From Eubacteriales bacterium (lineage in GTDB: Bacteria > Bacillota > Clostridia > Oscillospirales > SIG627): a DNA stretch of 60,841 bases. The DNA lies in NCBI GenBank assembly GCA_045531285.1, contig JAZSDT010000083.1:1-60841 (forward strand), in the 5' to 3' direction. The notes below the pieces were generated by a model. That model searched no databases. It worked only from the letters and a program-made list of their open reading frames with translations, and had not been told where the DNA came from. The translations under genes and the position numbers were made by a program. Each line of letters opens with the position of its first letter. Position 1 is the stretch's first letter. Shown here in pieces: positions 44,772 to 53,915 of this stretch.

Positions 44772-45089
44772 GCGGTCAGCGACCGCTGGCAAAGCTCGCC
44801 TATCGTAACCTTTGAATATATCCCGACAATGCAAAACGGCGAGGTTGATTTAATGCAATTTCCTAGCATATAAAAAAGCGGCTAGCAGCCGCTGGCAAAG
44901 CTCGCCTATCGCAACCTTTAAATATACCCCTGCAATGAAAAACGGCGAGGTTGATTTAATGCAATTTCCTAGTATACAAAAAAGCGGCTAGCAGCCGCTG
45001 GCAAAGCTCGCCTATCGCAACCTTTAAATATACCCCTGCAATGAAAAATGGCGAGGTTGATTTAATGCAATTTCCTAGTATACAAAAAA
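44772..45089 (+). repeat. 106-bp repeat family, 3 complete tandem units (locus H)
   Basis: Units start at 44772, 44878 and 44984 (exact 106-bp period). Units 2 and 3 are nearly identical. Confidence 0.95.
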
Positions 45090-45115
45090 AACTGCAACAT
45101 AGTTGCAGTTTTTTT
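45084..45115. terminator. Bidirectional intrinsic terminator
   Basis: AAAAAAA-ACTGCAAC-ATA-GTTGCAGT-TTTTTT. Confidence 0.85.
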
Positions 45116-45118
45116 ATG

Positions 45119-46090
45119 TTAAGCAATAAATATCAAATACATCAAGGGAATCGTAACAACAGACAACGTGTGAGATATCATAGCCATTGACGCGCCTGTT
45201 TTCGGGTCTCCGCCGTATGCCGCCGGATAAACGATGGTATTCAGTCCCAAGGGTGTGGCAAAGGTGATCAACGCCAGTGTCATTATTTCCTTATTTGTGT
45301 TGAGCGCTCCCAATACAAGCATAATTAATGACGGAATAACAACTAGCCTCAGGAGAGTAGCCACGTACACCTTTTTGTTAAGTATAAGCTCCTTAAAGTT
45401 ATAACCTCCTATAACGAAACCTGCAAGAAGCATAGCTATTGGTCCCTGACAGTTACCTGCACTCTGAAACGCACTCACCATAAAATTAGGAACATAATTA
45501 CTTAATCCTACAAGTCCCAAAACAATACCCAAAAGCAAAGCAATGGTAGGCGGTGTTATCAAACCTTTTTTTAGGTTGGCAACCAGACCTGCACTTCTTT
45601 CCTTCGGTATGAGGATATACAGTCCCCAGCTGTTACAGATGATATTTACAAACAGGGTAAAAAGCGAATACTTGTAAAAGAAGTCGTTGCCCCAGACACC
45701 CAGAATTATGAAATTTCCCATAAACCCGAAGTTTCCAAAGGTCATAGCATACTTGTAAATATTTCTTTGATATTCTAGCTCGGGGGAATCCTTATAATTT
45801 CTGATAAAAAGTCTCGACAAAGGATATGAAAGCAACACAGCCGATACGATCATTATGAGACCGTACAGTATCAAGGTCCAGTTTTCCGAAAAAGTGCGCA
45901 CGTTACACTTTGTCATCATATTATAAAGCGACAAAGCGGGTGTCAAGGCAAAGGTCTCCAGCTTTGACATAACGGTATGTGAGTTGTCGGGCAAAGGACT
46001 TTTCTTTCTCAAGATGTAGCCAACAAGAATGAGAAAGAACATCATCAGCATTTGATTGAGCGTTAATTTAAATATTACCATCTGTTTCAC
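45119..46090 (-). CDS. AEC-family (auxin efflux carrier-type) transporter
   Basis: 323 aa, about 10 TM helices. N-terminal FFLILVGYILRK pattern is typical of the AEC/membrane transport family. Confidence 0.7.
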   Translation of the reverse strand: MKQMVIFKLTLNQMLMMFFLILVGYILRKKSPLPDNSHTVMSKLETFALTPALSLYNMMTKCNVRTFSENWTLILYGLIMIVSAVLLSYPLSRLFIRNYKDSPELEYQRNIYKYAMTFGNFGFMGNFIILGVWGNDFFYKYSLFTLFVNIICNSWGLYILIPKERSAGLVANLKKGLITPPTIALLLGIVLGLVGLSNYVPNFMVSAFQSAGNCQGPIAMLLAGFVIGGYNFKELILNKKVYVATLLRLVVIPSLIMLVLGALNTNKEIMTLALITFATPLGLNTIVYPAAYGGDPKTGASMAMISHTLSVVTIPLMYLIFIA

Positions 46091-46125
46091 CTAACATTTA
46101 TATTCGTACCAAAGTTTTTGGTCTG

Positions 46126-46218
46126 TAGCGACTAGCAGCCACCGACAAAGCTCGCCTATCGTAACCTTTGAGCATACAGCGAGATTGATTTAATGCAATT
46201 CCCTAGCATATAAAAAAT
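46126..46218 (+). repeat. 106-bp repeat family, single degenerate unit with internal deletion (locus I)
   Basis: ..GCGACTAGCAGCCACCGACAAAGCTCGCCTATCGTAACCTTTGAGCATACAGCGAGATTGATTTAATGCAATTCCCTAGCATATAAAAAAT. Confidence 0.85.
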
Positions 46219-46240
46219 GCATTTCCATAGCAAAAGGCTT

Positions 46241-47080
46241 TCATTTTTTCATATCCGATACAATTGCCGCACCAAGTATCATAACAGCTCCAACCGTTTC
46301 GGGCAGGCTGAGTACAGTGTGGGTAAGTACCGATGAGAGAATAATTGCAAAAACAGGGTCAATGTAGCTGTATACTGCCACAGTCTGAGGAGCGAGCTTA
46401 TTGGCTGCTCCAAAATAAAGAAGATAGGCAATACCTGTGTGAACAATACCCAATATAAGTAATATTATAATGCTTTTCGTGTCAAAGTCAAGTGTTGTAA
46501 GGTCATATTTATAAAGAACGTACGGAAGCAGTACAAGTGCCGAAACGCCAAGCTCAAAAACCGTTGTTTCAACGGAGGTTACGTTCTTTAAGCGTGAACT
46601 CATAAGGACGATAAGGGCATAGAGCAACGCCGCTGTCAATCCAAATAAAAGTCCCTTCCAATGACCGAAGGACTGCACTCCCGACAGCAGCACCATACCT
46701 GCTACGGCAACTGCTGCACAGGCATTCTTAAAGGCGCTTGACTTTCTTTTGAGGAACAAAGGAGACAAGAAAATCACAAACACAGGTGCCATATAATAGC
46801 AAAGTGTAGCAAAGGAAACGCCGGTATATCTGTATGCTTCAAAAAGCAATACCCAATTTAAGCCCAGGAAAATTCCCGACGGCAAAAGTAACAGGAAATT
46901 TGAAGCAATACTCTTGAAGCTCAGCCTTTTACGGCATACGGCGGCATACAATAACAGTATAAAGAATCCGCAAGCGGCACGGAACAGGGCGATAAACGCA
47001 GAAGGATAAGTCAGCCTGTCCACGAAAATTCCCAGCGTACCGAATATAAGCATGGAGATTATAATACGCAGCTTATTCAT
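46241..47080 (-). CDS. DMT-superfamily (EamA-type) transporter
   Basis: 10 TM helices and two EamA-like halves. ATG at 47080 overlaps the upstream stop (ATGA). The ORF-track start is 47149. Confidence 0.75.
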   Translation of the reverse strand: MNKLRIIISMLIFGTLGIFVDRLTYPSAFIALFRAACGFFILLLYAAVCRKRLSFKSIASNFLLLLPSGIFLGLNWVLLFEAYRYTGVSFATLCYYMAPVFVIFLSPLFLKRKSSAFKNACAAVAVAGMVLLSGVQSFGHWKGLLFGLTAALLYALIVLMSSRLKNVTSVETTVFELGVSALVLLPYVLYKYDLTTLDFDTKSIIILLILGIVHTGIAYLLYFGAANKLAPQTVAVYSYIDPVFAIILSSVLTHTVLSLPETVGAVMILGAAIVSDMKK

Positions 47081-47970
47081 TTTTCCTCCACAGGTAAATA
47101 GTGCTTCATAGTCTTTTCTATCCAATACTCGAATCTTGTGTCGGGGCAAAGATGCTCCAGTGCTTTGAATCGCAAATACATATCAACGCCGTCGGAAGGG
47201 TCGTGCCAGGTGTCAGCGTAAATATAATCGAATTTTTCCAGCGGAGCCACCTTTTCGGCATACTCAAAGGCATCGGCATGGACTATTTTCACTTTTTCTT
47301 TGTTGGGAAACTGAGGAAGGATAAAACGCTTGAATATATCGATAACGCTTTGGTCACGTTCAACTACGGTAACACTGTCAACACAGTCCATAATCGATGT
47401 CATATACGGGAAATATCCCAAGCCCAGACCGTAGGTTGCAACCTTTCCCTTCGCAATCTCGATAGCCTCCCGCATGGTCTCAACCTCATTGGGAGTTACA
47501 AGCATCCACTCCACTCCGTTTTCCAGTATTACGGGATAGGGAAACTCACAGTCGAAGAAGGCGACCTGCGGAATTATTCTGCCGTCCTCCATCTCCTTTA
47601 GGTCATCAAGGGGAATGAGCTCATAGGGCTTGATAACAGCCGTGTGGAAGTCCCAGTTCTTTTCCTTGATGGGAGTGACCTTGATATTTTTATAGTAGGG
47701 GTCACAATCGTAATCCTCTTTTTTTACGTAGTGTATCATTTCGGGGAAATAGTATTCAAACATTTCCCTGTCCTCTTCGTCACTGTCAATGTGCATATAG
47801 CAAGCTGAGGCAAGGACTACGGAGAATGCATATTTTGTATCGACACCGCACTCGTTGACAAGCTCGTCTATTATATCCGAGGTGATGAAATCGGAATTGT
47901 AGTTCATAAAAGCACTGATGCGTGCCAGTACCTCGGCATTGTATTTTTTTATCTTTTCTTTTGTAAGCAT
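47077..47970 (-). CDS. Hypothetical protein with class-I SAM-methyltransferase/spermidine-synthase-like C-terminal fold
   Basis: VATYGLGLGYF (motif-I-like), VTVVERD (motif II), IVHADAF, IYADTWH. The N-terminal ~150 aa are unassigned. Confidence 0.4.
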   Translation of the reverse strand: MLTKEKIKKYNAEVLARISAFMNYNSDFITSDIIDELVNECGVDTKYAFSVVLASACYMHIDSDEEDREMFEYYFPEMIHYVKKEDYDCDPYYKNIKVTPIKEKNWDFHTAVIKPYELIPLDDLKEMEDGRIIPQVAFFDCEFPYPVILENGVEWMLVTPNEVETMREAIEIAKGKVATYGLGLGYFPYMTSIMDCVDSVTVVERDQSVIDIFKRFILPQFPNKEKVKIVHADAFEYAEKVAPLEKFDYIYADTWHDPSDGVDMYLRFKALEHLCPDTRFEYWIEKTMKHYLPVEEK

Positions 47971-48011
47971 AAAATATGATAGACTGCCCGAAGGCAGTCT
48001 ATTCTCCTTAT

Positions 48012-49730
48012 TTATTTCACTTCTGCCTTTATTTTTCCAAGCTCCTCTTCCTCAAGCTGACGATACGCCACCTTTCCGACAAGGGTCTTGGGCAGTGACT
48101 CACGGAACTCAATATCGTAGGGTACGGCATACCTTGCAATATTCTTTCGGCAGTGGTCGAGAAGTATCTTTTTGTTTTCTTCGCTGGGTTTAACACCGGG
48201 CTTGAGCATTACAAATGCCTTTACCTTCTGTATCTTCAGGGAATCGGGAACGCCTATTATACAGCTCATTTGTACAAGCTCGTGGGCATCGAGAATGTTC
48301 TCAAGCTGTGAAGGATAAACGTTGTATCCGCTTGTTACTATCATTCTCTTTATTCTCTGCTTGAAATAAACGAAGCCGTCCTCGTCCATATATCCAAGGT
48401 CACCTGTATGTACCCATATTTTTCCATCCTCGTGCCGGCGGAGAGTAGAGGCGGTCTCGTCGGGATGATTTACGTATTCCATCATAACGGTAGGACCTGA
48501 AATACATATTTCACCCTCTGTTCCGTAATCAACCTCATTGACCGTTCCGTGTTCAACGATAGTGTAGTAGGTATCGGGGAAGGGCTGACCTATGCTGCCC
48601 TCCTTAGCAAGATGCAAGGGAGTCAAACAGCTGGCTGTAACACATTCTGTAGTGCCGTAGCCCTCTCGTATCTGAACCTTGGAATTATGCTCTGCAAGGA
48701 ATTTATCAAACTTCTTTTTAAGCTCTATCGACAGCGAATCGCCGCCGCTGAACACACCCTTAAGATATGACAGGTCGGCGCCGTCCATACAATTCTGACG
48801 GAGAAGCGCCTCGTAGAGTGTGGGTACTCCCGCGATAAAATTACACTGACACTTGATAACAAGCTTTGCATAGCTTTCGGGAGTAAATCTGGGAACAAGA
48901 ATGCATCTTCCTCCGTTGCCCAGCATCGAGTGTATGCTTACACCTAGGCCGAAGCCGTGGAAAATGGGCATTGCGGCAAGCATCTTATCACCGGGTGAAA
49001 AGATTGGATTTGTAGCGATGATCTGAGATGCAAGGGCATTGAAATTAAGGTTTGAAAGAAGGATTCCCTTGTTTGTGCCCGTTGTTCCTCCGCTGTAGAG
49101 TATAACGGCAGGGTCGGATGCCTTCTTGACACTCTTATAGTTACCCTTCCACTCACTGCCCTTTTTCATAAAGTCATTCCATTTGATGATGGGAGCGTCC
49201 TTGGGAATCTTGGGTATCTTTCTGCCCTGTGTAAGAGCATAGCCAAGCTTTAGTCTCGAGGGGAGCGCATCGTAAATACGTGCAATAATAAGATTGGGGA
49301 GGTCTACCCTCTCTCGTATATTCTCGAATTTTTTATAAAACTGGTCTAAAGTTATAGCAAACAGACTGTTTGAGTCCTTGAGATAAAATTCAATTTCATT
49401 CTCACTTGACAGCGGATGTATCATATTCGCTATACCACCTGCCAGGTTTACTGCATAAAACATTATAATACCCTGAGGGCAATTGGGCATACAGATAGTT
49501 ACCTTGTCGCCCTCTCTGAGCCCCTGTGCCTTGAGAGCCTTTGCACACGTATCAACACTGTTAATAAATCTCTTGTAGGTTGTAGGCTCACTCATAAAGT
49601 CATAGGCTACGTAGTCGGGATACTTTGTGGCAACGTCACTGACGAGATCGTACATTGAACCGCTGTGATATTCAAGATGTGCGGGTACGTCTCCGTAATT
49701 GTCAAGCCAAGGGGTTCTGGTTTCTTTCAT
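48012..49730 (-). CDS. AMP-forming long/medium-chain fatty-acid--CoA ligase
   Basis: LYSGGTTGTNKGILLSN, GYGTTE, HTGDLGYMDEDGFVYFKQRIKRMIVTSGYNVYPSQLE, VGKVAYR. 572 aa. Confidence 0.85.
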   Translation of the reverse strand: MKETRTPWLDNYGDVPAHLEYHSGSMYDLVSDVATKYPDYVAYDFMSEPTTYKRFINSVDTCAKALKAQGLREGDKVTICMPNCPQGIIMFYAVNLAGGIANMIHPLSSENEIEFYLKDSNSLFAITLDQFYKKFENIRERVDLPNLIIARIYDALPSRLKLGYALTQGRKIPKIPKDAPIIKWNDFMKKGSEWKGNYKSVKKASDPAVILYSGGTTGTNKGILLSNLNFNALASQIIATNPIFSPGDKMLAAMPIFHGFGLGVSIHSMLGNGGRCILVPRFTPESYAKLVIKCQCNFIAGVPTLYEALLRQNCMDGADLSYLKGVFSGGDSLSIELKKKFDKFLAEHNSKVQIREGYGTTECVTASCLTPLHLAKEGSIGQPFPDTYYTIVEHGTVNEVDYGTEGEICISGPTVMMEYVNHPDETASTLRRHEDGKIWVHTGDLGYMDEDGFVYFKQRIKRMIVTSGYNVYPSQLENILDAHELVQMSCIIGVPDSLKIQKVKAFVMLKPGVKPSEENKKILLDHCRKNIARYAVPYDIEFRESLPKTLVGKVAYRQLEEEELGKIKAEVK

Positions 49731-49745
49731 AAATCGTCCTTTCGT

Positions 49746-50633
49746 TCACACTTCCACCGGAGTATCAATTGGAAGGTCTAAAAGCTCTGGGTTTTCAAGA
49801 AGCTTATGCAAAATCTTTATACTCTTTGCAAAGTATACGCCGTCTGCAATACGCTCATCTATTGTAAGTCCAAGGTCAATGGAGTCGCGAAGCTCATATG
49901 AGCCGTCTTCTTTAAAGAACGGACGCAGTTTTTTTTCGCCGACAATGGCAAAAAACGAGTTTGTTCCCCAATTTGCAAGATGATGGTAGGAAGCGTGCAT
50001 CTTGATGCTTCCCAGATTTGAAACGAACACAGATGAAAAATAGGGGTCGTCGTTCATAAGGGCTGTAGGATACAGACCGTGATAGTCAAGCCATCCCAAT
50101 GTCCTCATAACGACTCTCAAAATCGGTATGGGCAAGCTTGTGACAAGCTTATCGATTATTTCTGTAGTACCGTCCTTTTTATTTTCACGTCTGACAGAGT
50201 ACACTATCTTTTTAGTCTTGGAATATATCTGCTCAACGGGAGATACTTTTGAATCCTCGTCTATCTTTATGATAGCAAGTGCTTCGTAGGCATCGTCCTG
50301 GAACTGTTTTTTTACAACGAAAGAAAACGTAATATCCTTTCTGTCAAACAGCTTAGAGCCTTGATAAAATCTGTTAAGTCTTGGTCTAAGAACTATAGTT
50401 TTGGCAATTGCCGCCAGTATAACGTGAAAAAAAGTATATTTAAACTCAGGTGAGTCTGCATTCTTCTTTTCGAGATAGTCCTTGAGTGCCGTAATGTCGA
50501 ACACTTCGTTCATCACCGCTTCGTTGTCGGTTCTTTGCGGCATAATAAGCGGTGCTATAGCGTGCATAGAGTCAAGGTTTCTGACACGGTAACCGTCTTT
50601 TCTGTCACCGAATCTTCGCTTTTGCTCCTTCAT
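49746..50633 (-). CDS. 2-oxoacid-dehydrogenase E2-type acyltransferase catalytic domain protein (no lipoyl domain)
   Basis: About 295 aa. N-terminus RRFGDRKDGYRVRNLDSMH and C-terminal LGLTIDERIADGVYF, which aligns with the E2/CAT DHRxxDG motif with Glu in place of His. ATG at 50633 after a GGAGGA RBS. Confidence 0.6.
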   Translation of the reverse strand: MKEQKRRFGDRKDGYRVRNLDSMHAIAPLIMPQRTDNEAVMNEVFDITALKDYLEKKNADSPEFKYTFFHVILAAIAKTIVLRPRLNRFYQGSKLFDRKDITFSFVVKKQFQDDAYEALAIIKIDEDSKVSPVEQIYSKTKKIVYSVRRENKKDGTTEIIDKLVTSLPIPILRVVMRTLGWLDYHGLYPTALMNDDPYFSSVFVSNLGSIKMHASYHHLANWGTNSFFAIVGEKKLRPFFKEDGSYELRDSIDLGLTIDERIADGVYFAKSIKILHKLLENPELLDLPIDTPVEV

Positions 50634-50723
50634 AAAATCCTCCCAATAAAAAACATTCACGTGTATTTTACTCCATAGTGCAAAAAAAGTCAAGTACCCT
50701 TAAAGAATTTAGTTAGCAAAACT

Positions 50724-50792
50724 ACGTAACGTGGTATACAAAACCGCAAAGCAGTGAGATTGATCTAATGCAATTTTCCGGTATAAATAAAG
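50724..50792 (+). repeat. 106-bp repeat family, degenerate 3' fragment (locus J)
   Basis: ..AAAGCAGTGAGATTGATCTAATGCAATTTTCCGGTATAAATAAAGC, followed by a GCTGTTTAAAA-type hairpin (about 50791-50828). Confidence 0.55.
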
Positions 50793-50832
50793 CTGTTTAA
50801 AAACTCAAGCAGAGCTTTCAAACAGCTATGAT

Positions 50833-51405
50833 TCATTTTATGATAGGCTGAAGCTGTACACCCTCCATTGCTTTTTCCACGGTATCCTCTATCAGTGTAA
50901 AATCGGCAACCATTGACCGATGCTTACTGTCCGGCATATCCTGTGAAAAGGGTACGAAATAAACGTTTTTCGTATTGAGCAGGAGTCCGATATTCTTTGC
51001 CGTTGCCCCCAGTGCATCATTGGTGGAGGCGGCTATAACAATGGGTATCTCGTTTCTGAGAGCCGCCTTGACAGCCATTGTGACCGAGGTATCAGTTATA
51101 CCCAAGGCAAGCTTTGACATGGTGTTACCGGTGCACGGAGCAACCACTATAACGTCAAAAAGCTTTTTGGGACCTATAGGCTCTGCTTCCGGAATCGTAG
51201 TTATGGGTTTTTTTGGAGTTATCATAGACAGCCTTGAAAAAAGGTCATCCTTTTCCATAAACCTTGTTGAAGAAGAAGCTACTATAGGTGAAAGTATGGG
51301 TGTTATTTCATATTTATCGGGACAGAGCTGCGACATTTCCTCCAGCACTGTCTCGAGTGTACAGAAAGAGCCTGTAAGTGCAAAACCGAGTCTGACTTTG
51401 TCCAT
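50833..51405 (-). CDS. dpaB: Dipicolinate synthase subunit B (flavoprotein)
   Basis: RLGFALTGSFCT...VVAPCTGNTMSKLALGITD...STNDALG...LQPI collinear with SpoVFB. ATG at 51405. Confidence 0.9.
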   Translation of the reverse strand: MDKVRLGFALTGSFCTLETVLEEMSQLCPDKYEITPILSPIVASSSTRFMEKDDLFSRLSMITPKKPITTIPEAEPIGPKKLFDVIVVAPCTGNTMSKLALGITDTSVTMAVKAALRNEIPIVIAASTNDALGATAKNIGLLLNTKNVYFVPFSQDMPDSKHRSMVADFTLIEDTVEKAMEGVQLQPIIK

Positions 51406-51415
51406 AGGTCTCTCC

Positions 51416-52201
51416 TTAGTTAAGATGTCTGAAAATTGCATTTTTAACGGCAAGTGCCGCAGATTTCGGGGATATTCGCTGAGGAAGAGAGTTACCTCTC
51501 TCGCCTTTGAGCGAAAGAGCGTGCATTGTGCTCCAATTTACGTTGTTCTCGCCGCTGGCAAGGTCCAGAATGTACACGTCGGGCGAAAGCTTTTCCAAGG
51601 TTTCTGCATCCACCACGTGACGCAACGGAACAGTATTTACAAGAGTGTTGAATACCTCCATTCTGTCCCTCTGCCAAAGATGACAGGCGGATATACCTCT
51701 TGTGTGGGCAAGGCTGAGCTCTTCCTCTGCCGAGGTAAACACCTTGACTGTAGCCCCCATTGCCAACAGCATTCTGGTAAGTCTCTGCCCTATTCTTCCG
51801 TATCCCAGCACTGCAACACGCATTGAATACAGTGTTGTCGGGGTAGCATTTATAATAAGTGACATTGCTCCCTCGGCTGTAATCAGTGCATTTTCCCGAC
51901 AGAATTGCTCCTCGTTGAGAATGTTTGTGTATACCAGACCTTTTTTGTTTATTACCTGTCTGGTCGCCTGTCCGTCGTGTCCCCCAAAGACGTGGCTTCC
52001 TTCGGGTATCGCCTCAAGCAGAGAGGCTGCTTTGTCATCATCTATAAAAAAAGGAAGTATGACAACAGGTGCTTCTATTCCGCATACGTCGTCGGCTGAA
52101 TTTACGGTGTATACGTTATCTCGCAAGGACAGCATATCCATAAGCTCTCTTGCCCTTCTGTCACACTTCAGGTCATAATTGGGTGTGATAAAATTATACA
52201 T
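51416..52201 (-). CDS. dpaA: Dipicolinate synthase subunit A
   Basis: Rossmann motif VAVLGYGRIGQRLTRMLLAMGATVKVF. Position immediately upstream of dpaB. 261 aa. Confidence 0.85.
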   Translation of the reverse strand: MYNFITPNYDLKCDRRARELMDMLSLRDNVYTVNSADDVCGIEAPVVILPFFIDDDKAASLLEAIPEGSHVFGGHDGQATRQVINKKGLVYTNILNEEQFCRENALITAEGAMSLIINATPTTLYSMRVAVLGYGRIGQRLTRMLLAMGATVKVFTSAEEELSLAHTRGISACHLWQRDRMEVFNTLVNTVPLRHVVDAETLEKLSPDVYILDLASGENNVNWSTMHALSLKGERGNSLPQRISPKSAALAVKNAIFRHLN

Positions 52202-52218
52202 GGCTTTTCCTCCCTTTT

Positions 52219-52227
52219 TATACTATG
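52219..52227 (-). promoter_or_regulatory. Sigma-K-type -10 element candidate upstream of dpaA
   Basis: The minus strand reads CATAGTATA (CATAnnnTA) 17 nt upstream of the dpaA ATG. No convincing AC at -35, so this is weak. Confidence 0.25.
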
Positions 52228-52421
52228 CACACGGCATTGCTTTTGAGAATAAAGAAAGAATTGTATATTGGTAACAATTTACTAGATACCTTAATTATTT
52301 TTGTGAAATATTCTGCCTTTTTGAAGCTATATAACAAAAGACCGGCAAATTGTACTTTACAAAAACTTTGATTTATGATAATATATATGTGTTAAATATA
52401 AGTAAAAGGAGAATCATTTTC

Positions 52422-53894
52422 ATGAAAAGAGTGTTGACACTTTTAATTTTGACTGCTTTTGTTTTCTGTATGCTTTTTGCCGTGACCTCTTGCAGCAAAG
52501 ACACAGAAACCGAAAATCCCCAAAAAGAAAACACCAACTTCAGTGAAGGCGAAAACGTTGAAGGAGATATTTTCGCAGAGCGTGCAGCCATCGACGACGA
52601 GCTTGGTGAATACGATTTTGGCGGAAGACCTCTCAGAATCGTACTTCACAACGAAACGGAAGTATATATTTCCGAAGAGGACCGTAACAAAGGCGACCTT
52701 ATCAAAGATGCTAAATATGCCAGAAACACTAAGGTTGAAAACCGCTTCAACTTTGTAATCGAGCCTGTGTACGTTGCGGGAATAAACGAGGTTTCCAGCT
52801 GGGTACAGAAGAACGTACTCTCGGGTGCAGATGAATTTGACCTTCTTGTAAACCACGTGCTTACAACAGGCGGTATGGTAACAAAGAACCTCTTCATCAA
52901 CTGGTATGACGTTCCCAACGTTGACTTTTCGAAGCCTTGGTGGGCTGCCTCCACGTCAAACGAGCTCACCTATGACGGAAAATGTATACTTGCAATCTCA
53001 GACTTCAACTATTCGTCTATAGCTTGTACGTACTGCATGGTATTCAATAAAAACCTTGCTACCTCGTATGACCTTGGCGACCTTTACAAAATAGCGCTTA
53101 GCGGCAATTGGACCTTTGACACCTTTACAAATCTTGTAAAGGATATATGGGTAGACTCCGACGGTGACGGTGAGAAGTCCGAAAACGACTTCTACGGTAT
53201 GGTTCAGCCCACACACAGCCGTATGAATCAGTGGCTCTGGGCGTTCGACAACCCCATTATGATAAAGGACCAGGAAGGCGTTCCCACAATTTCAATTAAG
53301 ACAGATAAGATAAACAACATCGTTGCAGCACTCTATGACTATTGCTACAACATGAACGGTGTAGGCTTCCAGTTCCCCACAGAAACCGATATGTTCCTGG
53401 AAAAGAAGACTATATTTATGATAGTTCCTCTGGGTGACCTTACATCAGAAGGATTCCGTAACTTCGAGGACGAGTACGGTGTTCTTCCCCTTCCCAAGTG
53501 GAATGAAAACCAGCCCGAGTACAAAACACAGTCATACGGTGAGCATACAGTTTCCGCAATCCCCAAGACTGTTAAGGATATCGAATTTGTAGGCACTTGC
53601 GTTGAAGCGCTCTCGGCTGAATCCTACAAGACAGTTATTCCCACACTTTACGAGATAGCTCTCAAGACCAGATATCTCCGTGACTCAGAATCCAAGGAAG
53701 TCCTTGATATTGTTATCAACTCACGTCTCTTTGACTTTGGATACGTTTATGATAACTGGCAGGGCTTCGGCTATACACTTCAGAATATGATGACCTCGGG
53801 TCAGTCCAACTTTGAATCCTACTACGCAAAGGTATATCCCTCTGCAAGAATCCACTACAAGAAGATTATTAAGGCTTTCGATAAGCTTTCATAA
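52422..53894 (+). CDS. Extracellular solute-binding lipoprotein (ABC-type, carbohydrate class), orphan
   Basis: Lipobox MKRVLTLLILTAFVFCMLFAVTSC, about 490 aa mature. No permease or ATPase genes adjacent. Confidence 0.6.
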   Translation: MKRVLTLLILTAFVFCMLFAVTSCSKDTETENPQKENTNFSEGENVEGDIFAERAAIDDELGEYDFGGRPLRIVLHNETEVYISEEDRNKGDLIKDAKYARNTKVENRFNFVIEPVYVAGINEVSSWVQKNVLSGADEFDLLVNHVLTTGGMVTKNLFINWYDVPNVDFSKPWWAASTSNELTYDGKCILAISDFNYSSIACTYCMVFNKNLATSYDLGDLYKIALSGNWTFDTFTNLVKDIWVDSDGDGEKSENDFYGMVQPTHSRMNQWLWAFDNPIMIKDQEGVPTISIKTDKINNIVAALYDYCYNMNGVGFQFPTETDMFLEKKTIFMIVPLGDLTSEGFRNFEDEYGVLPLPKWNENQPEYKTQSYGEHTVSAIPKTVKDIEFVGTCVEALSAESYKTVIPTLYEIALKTRYLRDSESKEVLDIVINSRLFDFGYVYDNWQGFGYTLQNMMTSGQSNFESYYAKVYPSARIHYKKIIKAFDKLS

Positions 53895-53915
53895 TAAAAA
53901 AATGATAAAGGAGAA

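Noticed and set aside
52422-53894. Solute-binding lipoprotein as part of an ABC transporter operon.
   Set aside because: No permease or ATPase genes flank it: dpaA lies upstream in divergent orientation, and a zinc-ribbon protein lies downstream. It is recorded as an orphan binding protein only.
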